From: Eledone cirrhosa
Lineage: Eukaryota
Assembly: GCA_964016885.1 (NCBI GenBank)
Contig: OZ024752.1
Coordinates: forward strand, 13,082,001 to 13,146,000
Direction: 5' to 3'
DNA: 64,000 bases
Below the pieces are notes generated by a model. The model was not told the DNA's origin and made no database searches. It saw only the letters and a program-made list of their open reading frames with translations. Shown piece after piece: positions 38,072-52,189 of the stretch. How positions within the stretch are numbered: position 1 is the first letter of the stretch; each line of letters starts with the position of its first letter. The position numbers and the translations under genes were made by a program.

Positions 38072-38890
38072 TGGAGGCATGTAGCCTATTGATAAGAGTG
38101 TTGGGCTTATAATCATAATGTTGTGGGTTCAATTCCTGGGCTGAGTTGTGAGTTCAATTCCTGGGCTGAGTTGTGTGTTGTGTTCTTGAGCAAAACACTT
38201 TATTTCACATTGCTCCAGTATACTTAGTGACTAATTGTCTTAGAAATTTATATAAGTACAAGTTGTGCTAAACTAAGTGGAGGTGTGTGGCCTAGTGGTA
38301 AGGGCGTTGGACTTATGATCATAGTGTCGTGAGTTCAATTCCTGGGCTGGGTTGTCTGTTGTGTTCTTGAGCAAAACACTTCATTTCCCATTGCTCCAGT
38401 CCACTCAGCTGGCAAAAATGAGTTGTACCCCTTAATTCATAAGGACAGCCTTGTCACGTTCTGTGTTACGCTGAATCTCCCTGAGAACTAGGCTAAGGGT
38501 ACACGTGTTTGTGGAATGTTCAGCCACTTGCGCCTTAATTTCACGAGCAGGCTGTTCCGTTGATCAGATCAACTGGAACACTCGTTGTTGTAACTGATGG
38601 AGTGCCTTCCATATATATGTATGTATATAAATATATGTGGAGGCATGTGGCCTAGTGGTAAGGGTGTTGGACTTACGATCATAGTGTTGTGGGTTCGATT
38701 CCTGGGCTGTGTGTTGTGTTCTTGAGAAAAATACTTCATTTCCCATTGCTTCAGTATACTCAGCTGAAAATGAGTACCAGCAATAGCTGGGGGTTTAATC
38801 CTGCGATGGACTGGTGACTTGTCCAGGGGGAGTTATGTCCTCTTAGTGACTTCATGCCAGGAAACTGGGATAATCACCAGCCTGACAAAT
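38072..38890 (+). mobile_element. Three adjacent tRNA-derived SINEs, family B. Others at about 5752-6050, 42990-43135(-), 63218-63335
   Basis: GGAGGCATGTGGCCTAGTGG (A box), GGTTCGATTCC (B box) and core GTGTTCTTGAGCAAAACACTT. Heads at about 38072, 38278 and 38638. Confidence 0.85.
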
Positions 38891-39024
38891 CTCCTGGCTC
38901 GAGACAGGCTTTTTCAGTTGCTCCATCTTTTGTTGTTCATGTATGATTAACATCCAACAGATTATGCTTGCTTCATTTCTCTTCAGTTTTTGTATATCCT
39001 TGGTATTCCTTTCCCATGTAATGC

Positions 39025-39730
<706 letters not shown>

Positions 39731-40029
39731 GCGAGAAATAGATAATGGGGTAAAAAATTGACCCCAGTACTAGACTGGTTGTTTATCAACTTTGAAAGAG
39801 TGAAAGGTGAAGTCAACCTTTCTCATGATTTGAACACAAAACAGAGAGAGCCAGAATGAATAATGTAACAGATTCAATGTGACATTCTATCATCATCGTT
39901 TAATGTCCATCTTCCACGCTAACATGGGTAGGACGGGCTGTCCCTTTATGAGGGATCATGTCAGGGGACCGTGATTCGGTCACACTTAACTGATTTTGGC
40001 TTGGTTTCTACAGGTGGATGTCATTCCTA

Positions 40030-40812
40030 ACACCAACCACATTTACAGTGTGTGCTGGCTGCTTTTTGTTGTGTTACCTACACAACCACTTTACAATGTG
40101 GGCTGGGTGCTTTTTGTCATGTCACCTACACAACCACATTTACAGTGTGTGCTGGCTGATTTTTGCTGTGTCACCATGACCACTTTACAGCATGGATTGG
40201 GTGTTTTTTGCTGTGGTGTCACCTACATGACCACTTTACAGTGTGGGCTGGGTGCTTTTTGTCGTGACACCTACACCACCACTTTACAGCATGGACTGGG
40301 TGCTTTTTGTCGTGACACCTACACCACCACTTTACAGTGTGGACTGAGTGCTTTTTGTCGTGACACCTACACCACCACTTTACAGTGTGGACTGGGTGCT
40401 TTTTGTCATGATACCTACACAACCAGTTTACAATGTGGGCTGGGTGCTTTTTGACATATCACCTACATAACCACATTTACAGTGTGTGCTGGCTGCTTTT
40501 TACAGCGTGGACTGAGTACTTTTTTCTGTGTCACCTACATGACCATTTTACAGTGTGGGCTGGATGCTTTTTATCGTGACACCTACACAACCACTTTACA
40601 GAGTGGACTGGGTGCTTTTTGTCGTGACATCTACACAACCACTTTACAGTGTGGACTGGGTGTTTTGTTGTGACATCTACATGACCACTATACAATGTGG
40701 ACTGGGTGCTTTTTGTCGTGACACCTACACAACCATTTTACAGCATGGACCGGGTGCTTTTTGTTGACATCTACCTGACCACTATAGTGTGAGCTGGGCT
40801 CTTTTGTCGTGG
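40030..40812. repeat. 48-bp minisatellite derived from the RTE 3'UTR
   Basis: Unit CCACTTTACAGTGTGGACTGGGTGCTTTTTGTCGTGACACCTACACCA, contiguous with an antisense RTE tail starting at about 39888. Confidence 0.9.
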
Positions 40813-40927
40813 CTCCAGGGGATGATCATTTTATTGAGGAACTTTGAAACTTGGGAGAGGTGGGGAAGATGCTTTGAGAAATTTAGTTTAGTCAAGAATA
40901 ATTGAAAATATAAGGTAGCCGTATTAC

Positions 40928-41112
40928 TTTTCAGGAGTTTCCTCTAGAACCAGCTTTGGTTGTTCAGGAAGTAATATTTTTATTTCCTCTCTCAAATTTT
41001 CCTGGATCTTGGAAATCTCATCGTACAAACTTGATATACTTTTTACTATTCTCTTTTTCTCATCGCGTAAATCAAGGACTTTCTCATTGAAATCTGATAT
41101 GTTCTGATATAT
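40928..41112 (-). CDS. CFAP44: CFAP44 exon 4/13
   Basis: tgtag/gtaata boundaries. Encodes IYQNISDFNEKVLDLRDEKKRIV...PKLVLEETPEK. Not in the ORF track, found by manual translation. Confidence 0.88.
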
Positions 41113-41193
41113 CTACAATCAAATCACAAAAGTGCAAGATCAATAATTGTTCAACTCTGAACAGAAGTAAATGTTGAAAGTATTTTTTTTCTT

Positions 41194-41375
41194 TTAACCC
41201 TTTAGCATTTAAACCAGCCATATCCAGCCAGAATTCTCTCACCTCTTTCTGTTCAAACCGGCTGTGACCGACTGCTCATACTGATGTTAAAGTATTGTTC
41301 TCAAAATAAATAATATCAAAATTACTGTGAAAATATAATAGTATATATAGAGTAATGTAAATGGTAAAGGGTTAA
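41194..41375. mobile_element. TTAA-flanked MITE (internally deleted copy)
   Basis: Same TIRs as 36953-37180. Confidence 0.82.
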
Positions 41376-42389
41376 AGAAAAGGAAATAATAAAGAGGATG
41401 AGAAAAAAGAAAGGAAAAAATTGCATGGGGGGGGGGGGGGATAGCAAACTATACACCCCTGGCTGGGTGGTATATCTCAGCTACAACCTGTGCAAAAGAT
41501 GGCAAAATCATTGCTGAAGTGAAAATGCAGTGACACCTACAGCATCAGCCATTTCACTTCATGGGCCTCCTTACATAGGTGAGATACACTCCTCCTGAAT
41601 TGGTGGAAGAAAACAGCAGTCTAGAGATGAAAGGGATTGGAAGTTTCTTCAAAGACCAGCACAAAAAAGATGCTGTTGGTCAAGTCCCAGTATTTTTATA
41701 TTTTCTGATCCTCTTTGTTACAGGCAACAGTAACCATATTTGTAGCCAAAAACAATTCTACTTGTTGGCCACCTTGTGGATTGTTTGTCAACCACTGGCC
41801 ACTGGTCTCTGAGGCTTTCTTGACCATCATTTGGATGTCTTAACAGTTGTTCTAGCGATGAGTTTTCTCATTTTTATATGAACTCAAATACACTCTCGCT
41901 TCATCTCGATCAGGGACAATGTTTATTCATTAAACAAAATTTCATTTTTTTTTCATTCGAGTGGGTTGGAACTTGTCTATTTGGACCAAGGAAACAATGT
42001 TTCCATGGGTCTTTGCATTGCTGATACTGGAGAGCTTTCAGAAGAATCCTATTTCAATTGCTTGTATTGATGCCATGACACCAGCACTTATTGCCTTACA
42101 GGGAGGACTTGGTACCTTTTGTCATGGCACCAGCATTACTCTCTTACAAAGTGTTTTTTGTCATGACACCAATGTAACTAACTCATAGGGGAGAGTGAGT
42201 CATTTTATCATGACATGCTCAGATTTTGATATCATGGTCATTTTTAAAAAATTGTAAATATGTAAAAAGAAAATGTTTGTTATAGCTAGAAGAGTGAAAT
42301 AGTTTAGGCAATAATCTGGAAATGCTGGACCTTATAGATATCAGATGATCAAAATGAATAATGAAAGGAATATCTTTAGTGCTACTCAC

Positions 42390-42578
42390 AAATTCAACGA
42401 GATTGAAGAGTTTGAGTTGAGCTTGGTTTGTATTCATCCTCAAATTATCTGGAACAGCATAATCTTCAGCTGTTTTTAATTTATAATCACCCATATTTTC
42501 CTTGGCTTCTTTAATTGCAGCTAAGTCATGTGGATTTTCATAGTCATCTGAGGGTTTCTCACCGTACAGCAAATCCCA
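42390..42578 (-). CDS. CFAP44: CFAP44 exon 3/13
   Basis: tatag/gtgagt boundaries. WDLLYGEKPSDDYENPHDLAAIKEAKENMGDYKLKTAEDY matches the conserved CFAP44 motif W..LY..KP.DDYE.P.D..AI.EA...MGD..LKTA.DY. Confidence 0.93.
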
Positions 42579-43835
42579 CTATAAACAAGAAAAATTAGAG
42601 TAAAATTAATAATTGTTTCTACTTTTGGCACAAGGCCAGCAATTACCCAGTGTATTACTGGTACTTTATTTTATTGACCCCATAAGGATGAAAGGCAAAG
42701 TAAAATAAGTAATGTAAATCTGTTACCAATAACATCCTATAAAATATTCATTTTTCATTTCATTTTACGTTCGCTTTTCCCTACTTGCAAGGGTGGGACG
42801 GGAACTGATTCTGGCTTGATTTCTACAGCTGGATGCCCTTCCTAACACCAACCTCATTTACAGTGTGGGCTGGGTGCTTTTTTTGCTGTGGCACCTCCAC
42901 GACCACTTTACAATGAGTGCTGGGTGCTTTTTGCCGTGGCTCCTCCATGACCACTTTGCAGTGGAATGATAGGGACCCCAGTCCCTATCATCTCATTTCT
43001 ACAGCTGAGTAAACTGGAGCAATGGGAAATAAAGTGTCTTGTTCAAGGAAACAACACATCACCTGGTCTGAGAATTGAACTCACAACCTTTCGATTGCAA
43101 GGCCAATGCTCTAACCACTAAGCCATGTGCCTCCAAAATATATGAAAATGATTTATGATCATAGTAATGTTGGCTGTGAGGATAGGATAAAGATCCCATA
43201 ACGCCTTGTGGAGTCGTAGAGGCAACGTCATATGGCGTGTCTAGAGGGCACTTTTAAACCTGGCGGAGCCCAGCCCTCTCCAGGTCTGAACATTGCCGAT
43301 TTTTTCTGTAGAGGAAAAATCGACACCAGTACTGGACTGCTACTATTTTATCAACCTTGAAAGGATGAAAGGCAAAGTTGACTATGGTGGGATTTGAACT
43401 TAGAATGCGCAGTGAGGTGGGGTGAATACCGTAAAGCATTCTATCCAACGTATTCACGACTGCCAATTCACCGCCTTAAATATACAGGGTTAAAACTACT
43501 GTATATTTTATGATTTTACATCTCAGGAGAAATCCGAATATGATATATACTTATCAAGACAAAATGGAGGTAGAATTAGCTAGTGTTTATTTCTTGAATA
43601 TTTCAGTGATTGCCGCTGTCATCTGGTATTTAATTCCTAATTAACAACACACTACCAAAAACATGGACGGAGGTGGTGAGAGCAGACCTCAGATCGCTGA
43701 TACTCACGGAGGAGATGACAAAGGACCGTGACAAGTGGAGAGATGTTGTGCTGAATAGGACCCATCCCACCCTTGCAAGCACGGAAAAGCGGACGTAAAA
43801 TGATGATGATATCAATAACATACAGACTACATATA

Positions 43836-44028
43836 TAATTGTTTCTACTTTTGGCACAAGACCAGCAATTATTCCAGCGCATTACTGGTACTTTATTTTA
43901 TCGACCCCGTAAGGATGAAAGGCAAAGTTAACCTCGGCGGGATTTTAACTCAGACCGTAAAGAGCCGTAACTGTATGCCACTAAGCATGGCGTCTGACCC
44001 TCTACCGATACTGCCAACTCATGCACCA
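43836..44028 (-). mobile_element. SINE family A with TSD (CAGACTACATATATAAT)
   Basis: Direct repeat at about 43823 and 44029. Confidence 0.88.
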
Positions 44029-44434
44029 CAGACTACATATATAATGGTCCTGAACACTGCAGTGAATAAATATATACATACATACCAGGTCCGAACACAA
44101 TGGAACGAAACTCCTACTCTCACTGCCTCCGTCTCTCCCACTCTCCCCATCTCTCACTATTATGAGCAAATAAGGGCCCACACTTGTGTATTGAGGAATT
44201 CTTTTAACCTGTTGACTGCTGTGTATATTTTATACAGCTACAGTTGCGGTGTTGGGGCTTTTTTTCAGTAAAATGACTATTTTTTAAAACAAGAATTAAA
44301 ATACTAGAGTGTGTTGGAGTTAAACACCCTCTTCATATTATAGAAATGACAGTATAAGATATAGCTCAATGTAATTAAACAGAGCCGAAGAATTATAAAA
44401 AATAAACCAAAGAAGCCTTCAATACATCAAAAGT

Positions 44435-44488
44435 CTTTATTAGCCAACAATGTTTCGTCCTATTAATGACTCATCAGGGCAAGTAAAG
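44435..44488 (-). ncRNA. Minimal type-I hammerhead ribozyme motif
   Basis: Reverse strand reads CTTTACTTGCC-CTGATGA-GTC(ATTAATAG)GAC-GAA-ACAtTGT-T-GGCTAATAAAG. Confidence 0.82.
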
Positions 44489-45212
44489 CTACAAGAAGCA
44501 CTATCGGCCAATACAAGCCAAAAACTCAGAAGAATATGGAGTATACATCTATTAAAGCTTAGGAAAGATATCAAGGAAAAGTTGGCTAAGATTAAGAGTG
44601 AGCAGTTACAAACATAGATATAGACCAAATATCAAGGAAGTGATTAACATGTTGAACCCACATTGCAAATATTGTATAATGCAAAAACTTGAAACACAAA
44701 TGGTAATATAATAGAGAGACATATAATTTTTATAATATTTTTTAAAACAAACATTTATTAACAACACATATCTGAATGATTGACAAACATCACATCAATA
44801 AACTAGTAACCCCATCTAGCTTTGAAGCTATGAACTGTTGGAAACGAGTTCATAACTTTGAAGTTATGAACTGTTGGAAATGAGTTCATAACTTTGAAGT
44901 TATGACTGTTGGAAAAGAGTTTAAACATGTTAGGATGAGTTATCTCCTCTGCAGCACTGAAAAGATTACATTTCATTAACTGATATGAAATTTTCAACCA
45001 TACATCAGAAATCAGATCAGTTTTATAAGAAGTGCATTACTTCATGATTCTCTGACAAATTCCTATTGAAGATAGACTTTATGTTTCACAAAGTACATCT
45101 CTTAGAGTAATGTAAATGGCTTTACTATATGAAATGGAGGAATAAACAGATTAACCGTTCATTGCTGTATAATCTCTCATGGCTGAATAATTTAATCATT
45201 TATAGATGGACA

Positions 45213-46881
45213 ACCTGAGGTACTCGGCTTTGCCCGGGAGAACAGAGAGAAGATGGATAAAAGAGAAAAGGACTGCATTGGATGTGTTGTCTGGTGTGAG
45301 GTAAGACGGTAATATGTGTGTGTGTGTGTGAGAGACATACAAAAAATAAACAATCACAGAACTTCCTTATTAGGCTGGGGGAGCAATCTGCTGATTAAAT
45401 GGTAGCATTGGCCTTGGATTTTAAATGTTGTGAAATAACCATAGTCAGTATGATTTTTTCAGCTCCAAAGGACTTCATCTGAAATGCAGTATTATACTGC
45501 ATAATATTGCTTCTGAATTATTTAGCTTTGTTAGTATGGTCTGTAAGCAGTATATGGATAAAAACTGGAGGGTCCTCTATCAGTGGAAGCCTGATCTTTC
45601 CTCCTAAGCAACACATGCCAAGTGCTACCAATCACAACTTTAGGAACAATTCTATAATTCTTCGATGGATAACATGAAAATGCAGCTCTTAGCCAATTTA
45701 TTCTGCCTTGGAGAGTCGTTTGTGCTCGTCGAGTTTTCACCGCAACTCTCATTGCCTCTAGGTGATTTTCATATTGAACCTCTGTTTATTGCGATAGTCT
45801 TTCTTCTTGCCTTAATCTTTCTGTTTCCCGTCTCAGGTTCTGCTGAATGTCACAATGTTGACTTGTCCCTTTATACCCAAGCTTTTTTTATATTGTTTGA
45901 GAGTTTCTCTTTCGCTTGAAGATTCCAACTGTTTGGTGGACATTGTAACTCCCCCAATAGATGAGCGGTGTTTTGACATATAACACTATTATCAAAAGGC
46001 TAAATTAATATACACCACAAATTAATTTCAAATAGTATCAATTTTTTCTGTGTTCTGTAAAATCAAAGACTAGTGTAAAACGACTTTATAAAAGCTAAGG
46101 CAATATTGTTAAACCTTCAACTGATACTTTGATTTATAGTTTAAGCCGATTCTAGACTTTTGTGGGTAGTCACACACACAAACATCTTCACTGACGCACA
46201 CATATATGCACACAGAAACAAACATACAGCATCTCCCTTTCACTTTCTCTTAATATTTGCTTTTGTCCTCCACTTTCCTGTACAGTAGCGTAGTCTTGTG
46301 TCACACAGTTAAACACACACACACACAGTTAAACACACAGTTATGCACACACAGCATCTCTCCCACCATCATCTCTCTCAATGTGTAGTCTCTTTCAATT
46401 TCTGCTACTTCAAACTTCTCTCTCTCTCTCTCTCTGTTACTTTCTCTCTTCCTCTTTCTGTGCTTCTCTCTCTCTATCACACACATATTCTCTCTCACCT
46501 TCTGTAACTCTTCCTCTCTTTTAGTCCCTATGTTTTTCTTTCATTCTCTCTCTCTCTTTCTCCCCCCCCCCCCCTCACTCACTCATTGACACTGGCCGTG
46601 AAACAATCAAGAACACGCAGATCTCCTTCTCTGTGTCTGTCTCTCTCTATATATATATGTATATGTGTGTGTGTAAACCAGCGTTCGCTGCCATTCTCTC
46701 TATCTCTATCTGAATATCTATCACTTTAATTGTACCTCTCTCTATATAATGGCCTATATCTCTCTCTCTGCCTCTCCCTCTGTGTCTCTCACTCTTTAGA
46801 TGTGTGTGTGTGTGTGTGTGTGTAGTTTTTGTATGATTAAACCAACCAACCAATAAACATCCCTTTTTTTATATATGTAGA
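45213..46881 (-). mobile_element. Internally deleted Helitron (B)
   Basis: 5' end TCTACATATATAAAAAAA..., decayed Rep N-terminus (WLRAAFSCYPSKNY, like WLMGAFSYDPQKDY of the neighbour), and 3' hairpin CCCGGGCAAAGCCGAG near 45220-45238. Confidence 0.65.
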
Positions 46882-49800
46882 TTACTATATTGTACTGTGT
46901 CACCAATGAAATGTGGCCTAAATCCAATGAAATGTGGCCTAAAATCCAGTGAAATGTAGCCTAAAATCCCTCGAAGAACTACAGGCAGAGTTTGTCTGAA
47001 ATCATCAGCAAGAACCATTGTCACTCCTCCCATTATGCAACTATTTTCTCTCAGATCCCTTATCGTCTGGTCCAAAACTTCAATGGCTCCTTTATGGCTC
47101 ATAGTAGCTTCATCTCAAATTATCTTGCATGTTTGTAGAAGCTTGCTCTTGGGTGAGTTGTTCTTGATGTTGCAAAAAGATTGTTCATGCCGTGTGAGAT
47201 CTATGGGCAGCTTAAACATGGAGTGTGCAGTTCTTCCTCCATCCAGAAGTGTTGCTGCAATGCCACTTGAAGTCACAGCAAGGGCAATATGTTGCTTTTG
47301 GCGAACTTTTGCAAGCAGGAGGTTTATGAGGAATGTCTTGCCTGTGCCAGCAGGAGCATCGATGAAGAAAAGTCCTCCCCTGTCATTTTGAATGTTTTCG
47401 ATGATATTGTGGTAGGCGTATTTCTGGTCATCCATCAATCGAGGTTCATTTTCATCCACAAACTTATGCAATGCTTGAATATTGTAGTTTGTCTCCTGAA
47501 AAATATCTTGTGCTACCTCCATTTCTTCATCTGGCTCTGGCATCCCGCAGTTAGCTAATGTGCTATTCATTGCCTGAACTCGATGGGACAGGTCACAGAG
47601 AGCTTGATTGTAAATCCTGGGGTATATTCCATATACATATTGCCATGATTTCTTCAGGCTAGGTGTAGATAGTCGTCGGACATATTGTTTTTGTACTCCT
47701 GCCAGAGTAGATAAGCTTCATCAATTCCATATGCTGTGAGCATAATAGCAAATAATTGTCTTATTTGACTGGCTACTTGAGTGATTGCTACTTCTTCTAG
47801 GCACCTCTTCCAGTGTCCATTGTCATGCAGGAGTCCATGATGTTTACATGCTTCTTGGTTTGTTGCGCACTCCCTTCCTCTGAAGCACCTAAGATCCTCA
47901 AATGTCGTTGGTCCTCGAACAGTATGCAGAAGTAGCCATAAATAAAAACATTCTCTGTTGTTGGGATGGACATTGTAAACACGCCCAATAGCATCACTTG
48001 ACTTGACTTCATGACCTTCCACTAAAGGACCCTGCTTTCTTCGATTCCAGGTCTTGCAATTGGTCCAAGTGTAGTATGTTGGGACTTCAGCATATAGGAG
48101 GGATCGAGCAAATTCATCATTCTGGCAGAGTTTAAAGAAAGCAGTTAGTGTAGTGTCATGTGATGCTTGTGCCAACTGATGGGCAGTGATCTCAGTGAAG
48201 TACACTCTCTGTCCATTTTCCAGATCGACTGCGAGGTTGACCACTGTTGGGTGGTGTTGGTGGATATCAAATCCAAAAATTCGCCAGATAGCTTCCTTGC
48301 TGGAGATGTATCGACCTGTTTGATACCATTTGACCTCATCCAGCCCACCATCATTGAGTTCTTTGTCAGTAATAAAGGTAGCCATGTCACTGCCCTTGTT
48401 GATATATTTTGTGACATATAGGATTGCCTTGACAGAGCTGCAATACTCAACATTGATATGAGCTTTTAAAAGTTTACACAACAATTTGTAGTGTGGGACG
48501 ACCCACTGATTGTTTATGGTCAGCTCCTCTCCTCGAACTGTTAGGCTTGCAGTATTGCCTCCATGTTCTGGTCTACGCCTACGATAAAGGGGGTATTCAT
48601 TATTGTCAGTCCAAGTTTCCCGAATAAAAGCTCTAGGATAATGTTTGCTGCATTTTTTATCTTTCATGCAGGGAGAGGCTGGATTGATGACTCCACATGG
48701 ACCATGAATGAGTTTGGACTTGATGGTTTCAAAGAGCTCTGGATCACCACCTTTATCAGACAACTCTGCTGAAATGATCTTATAAACATCATCTGGTCTT
48801 ATCTTCTCCTTGCACCAGATTAGTGTGTGAGAGTGAGGAAGACCTCTCTTCTACCACTCAATAGTGGTCATCCAAGCACTAAGCTCACTAAAGATTCTTT
48901 TTTTGCTTTTCATGGAAAACCCGAGCAATGAGGTCATGTCGATCCTTTGGTTTTTGATTTTGAAATAATTCATTTGATATTTCTGACCATTTTGAATTGC
49001 ATGTAAATGTAATGAAGAGATCTGGCCGACCAAATTTTCTGACATAGGCCATTGCATCTTGCGTACGTTCATGCATGTAACGTGGTCCTCCCGTGAAGCT
49101 TGATGGTAGTATGACTGGCTGGCCAATATTTCTTGGGTCAACATCAGAATTGATGCCATCTCGAAGGTGGATATAGTTATCTGCCCTCAACTTAGTTTGA
49201 TTCCTTCGCAGAAAACCCAATCTTTCTGTTTCAATTTTGGCATACATGTCCACCATGAACCGGCTGGTTACTTCTTTGAATCACAGAACTTGGTTGAAGT
49301 GATCACGTACCATGAAATGATAAGCATAGAATTATTTGCAGCTGATTGATCAGCCAGTTTCTTGTCCCATTCCTGGGCTGATCTGCCGTAGCTGAAAATG
49401 ATATCCATCTTGACCATTCCAAAAGATGAGTGGTTATTGTAGTGAATCATAGGCTCTATGAGTTTCACAAATTCGCTCCAAATGTCTACTTTGTTTTTGC
49501 AAAACAATGTCACGTCGTTCATGCTGTTCATCAACCATTATGATTGCAACTTCGTCAGTAACAGGTGCATTGAATCTGCGTTCATGTTCTGAAGCTGGGC
49601 GTTTGTCTGCCCTAATAATGATTTTATGATATCTGGTGTTGTTCATATGCTCCAGTGCATATTTAAATACACTGACATACATGTGATGTTGGTGAAGCAT
49701 TTCTTGTAACTTTATGACTATGTAGAACTGCAATCCACCACAGAGTTGGTACATCTTTCTTGTGCCTGTGTTTCATTTCCACCCATGAAGTAAACCTGCA

Positions 49801-51997
49801 CAAATTTGTGAGGCTCCTGTGAAAGTGGCAGAAGGCCACCCGTTAAGTGGTAACACTGTCCCTGAATTTTAGAAGTTGTACAGAATCTAAAGTCAGTCAC
49901 GTTCCTGTCAGCCCCAAAAGATGTCATTTGAAAGGCAGAATTATATTTTATGATGTATTTATTCAAGTGTTGTGCTTCTGGTGTATGCTGAAGGAGCAGA
50001 TTCTTCAGAAATTCTAGAGGTTCTTGTATTGTTTTAAGGCTCACTTTGCATTTTGAGCAGCATAGACTTGGTGTTTCTGCTGCCCACTTCTTGGCACCAC
50101 AATACTGGCAGCATTTGTTCATTTTCCCAATGTTGATTTGTGGATTACTGCTGTAGTCCTTTTGGGGGTCATAAGAAAAAGCACCCATCAGCCAGTTCAT
50201 TTTACTTGTGGCTTGTTCTCCTGCTCGGGCAGTAGAACAATGTGCTTGATTATCATTTCGTCTGATTTGCTGGTGTTCCTTAAATTTGTTGTTCTCGTGT
50301 AGCAACAGTCCTTTGTTCCCTTTCATCCAAATGGTGTGCTTGTGCTAAAGCTGTTTGGGCCCTGTTAGCAGCTAGACGGGCATGCCGAACTTCTTCACTT
50401 TCTTCAGATTGCTGTGTTTTCTTTCTCTTAGCCTCTGAAGATGACCTTCCATACAATGATCTGGAACGTTTTCTAGGCATTTGAAGTGATATTATTACAC
50501 ACCACACGACAAAATAAAGTACCAGTAATGCACTGGAATAATTGCTGGCCTTGTGCCAAAAGTAGAAACAATTATTACACACCACACTCTTTCCGAAATA
50601 GAAACAACTATAGAATGTATTGTTCACTCAGTAAAGTTGTTTTAAATGATCTCTTTATATGAATGTATATTAGGTGTAATTAATTTTAGACATATGTAGA
50701 AAATATTGAGATTTCAGATTGTATTCTGAAATTATCATTTTTTATCCAACTCCCCCCCCCCCCCCCAAAAAAAAAATATATTTTCTGTGTTAATTCAAAT
50801 AACAGCAGAAAATAATATATTCTAATATCTTTTAAAAATACCGTGTTTTTTTTGTCTGTTAAATACATACATATATACAACTTCTATAAAAGCATCTGTG
50901 ATTTCTTTAGACATATGTAGAAAATAAGCTTTGATGGTAACATATCGTCTGCTAAAGAAACCCCCCCCCCCATAACACACACGTGTGTGTAAATATATAA
51001 ACGCGGACACACGTTAGGTAAAGAATCCCTCCAATCACCCTCCCTCTCTCCTGCCTCTACTTTTTTTTCTCTCTCCCATCTTTTCTCTTTTCTTATTGTC
51101 TTTCACTCCCCATCCACCTCACTCCCTTTCTCTCTCTCATCCTCTACAGAATAGCGAACAAAAAATAAATAAAAGATAAATAACATTGGGAGAGTTAAGT
51201 GTGTAAAAATAATAAATAAATAAAAGTTAATGAACGCTGACTACTTTCCCTCTCTCTCCCATCCCATTCCTCTCTTTTTCTCTCTCACATCTCCCCTCTC
51301 TCTACAGAATAGAGAACAAAAAATAAAGAAAAGTTAAATAAAATAACGTTAAGGAAGCGGGAAAGTTAAAAAGTGTGTGAAAATAATAAATAAAAGTTAA
51401 CAATGTTGGAAGCTTTCCCCTCTCTCTCTTTCATCGTCTTTCTCTCTCATCCCCATACTCTCTTTTTTTCTCTCTCCCATCTCCCACTCTCTCTCTCTCA
51501 TCGCTTACTCTTTCTTTCTCTCTCCCATCTCCCACTCTCTCTCTCATCCCTTGCTCTCTCTCACATCCCCTTACTCTCTCTTTCCCATCCACTCACGCTC
51601 TCATACCCTTACTCTCTCTCCCATCTCCCACTCTCTCTCATCCCTTACTCTATTTCTCTCTCACATCCCCTTACTCTCTCTCTTCCATCTCCCACTCTCT
51701 CTCTTTCTCTCTCCTCCCTTACTCTCTCTCTCTTTCCCTCTCCCATCCCTCACTCTTATTTACAGACTGGAGAACATAAAAAAACAAAATGGATGATCTC
51801 TTTTGCTATTCATTAGAAAATAAGATAAATTGAATTTAAATGAATTCCTTGCTTTGCAAAGTAAAATTGTTTCGACCGTTACCTGTCCGAGTGTATAGTA
51901 AATATGTACATGTAATTTTGAGGAGTTTAGTTCGGTAGTTTGCTAGTTTTAGGCGGACACACAGAATCGTAAACTTGCATTTATATATATATATAGA
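46882..51997 (-). mobile_element. Helitron (A): Rep/PIF1 helicase pseudogene (about 50480 to 46970), 3'-truncated
   Basis: Zn motif C..C...W..E....CC..., PDLFITFTCN, EW*KRGLPHSH (HUH), YVTKY, DAPAGTGKTF, TAHSMFKL and DFRQTLPV. Stops and frameshifts present. 5' end TCTATATATATATATAAATG. Confidence 0.92.
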
Positions 51998-52189
51998 TAT
52001 AGATGTGAATCCAGTACATAAAACTAATTAAATATTTCAATACTAATCATTGCAACTATGATGACTTAACAAGAGAGACTTTTTTTTATCTAAGAGGGTC
52101 ACGGGGGGGGGGGGGGGGCAGAGTCCTCAAACACTCCATCTAGTGGATTCTGTTAAAAGCAACAGTCTCCATCTGATTCGGCTGGGTCT

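Noticed and set aside
38072-38720. tRNA genes
   Set aside because: A/B boxes are followed by SINE core sequence with no complete cloverleaf, so these are SINE heads.
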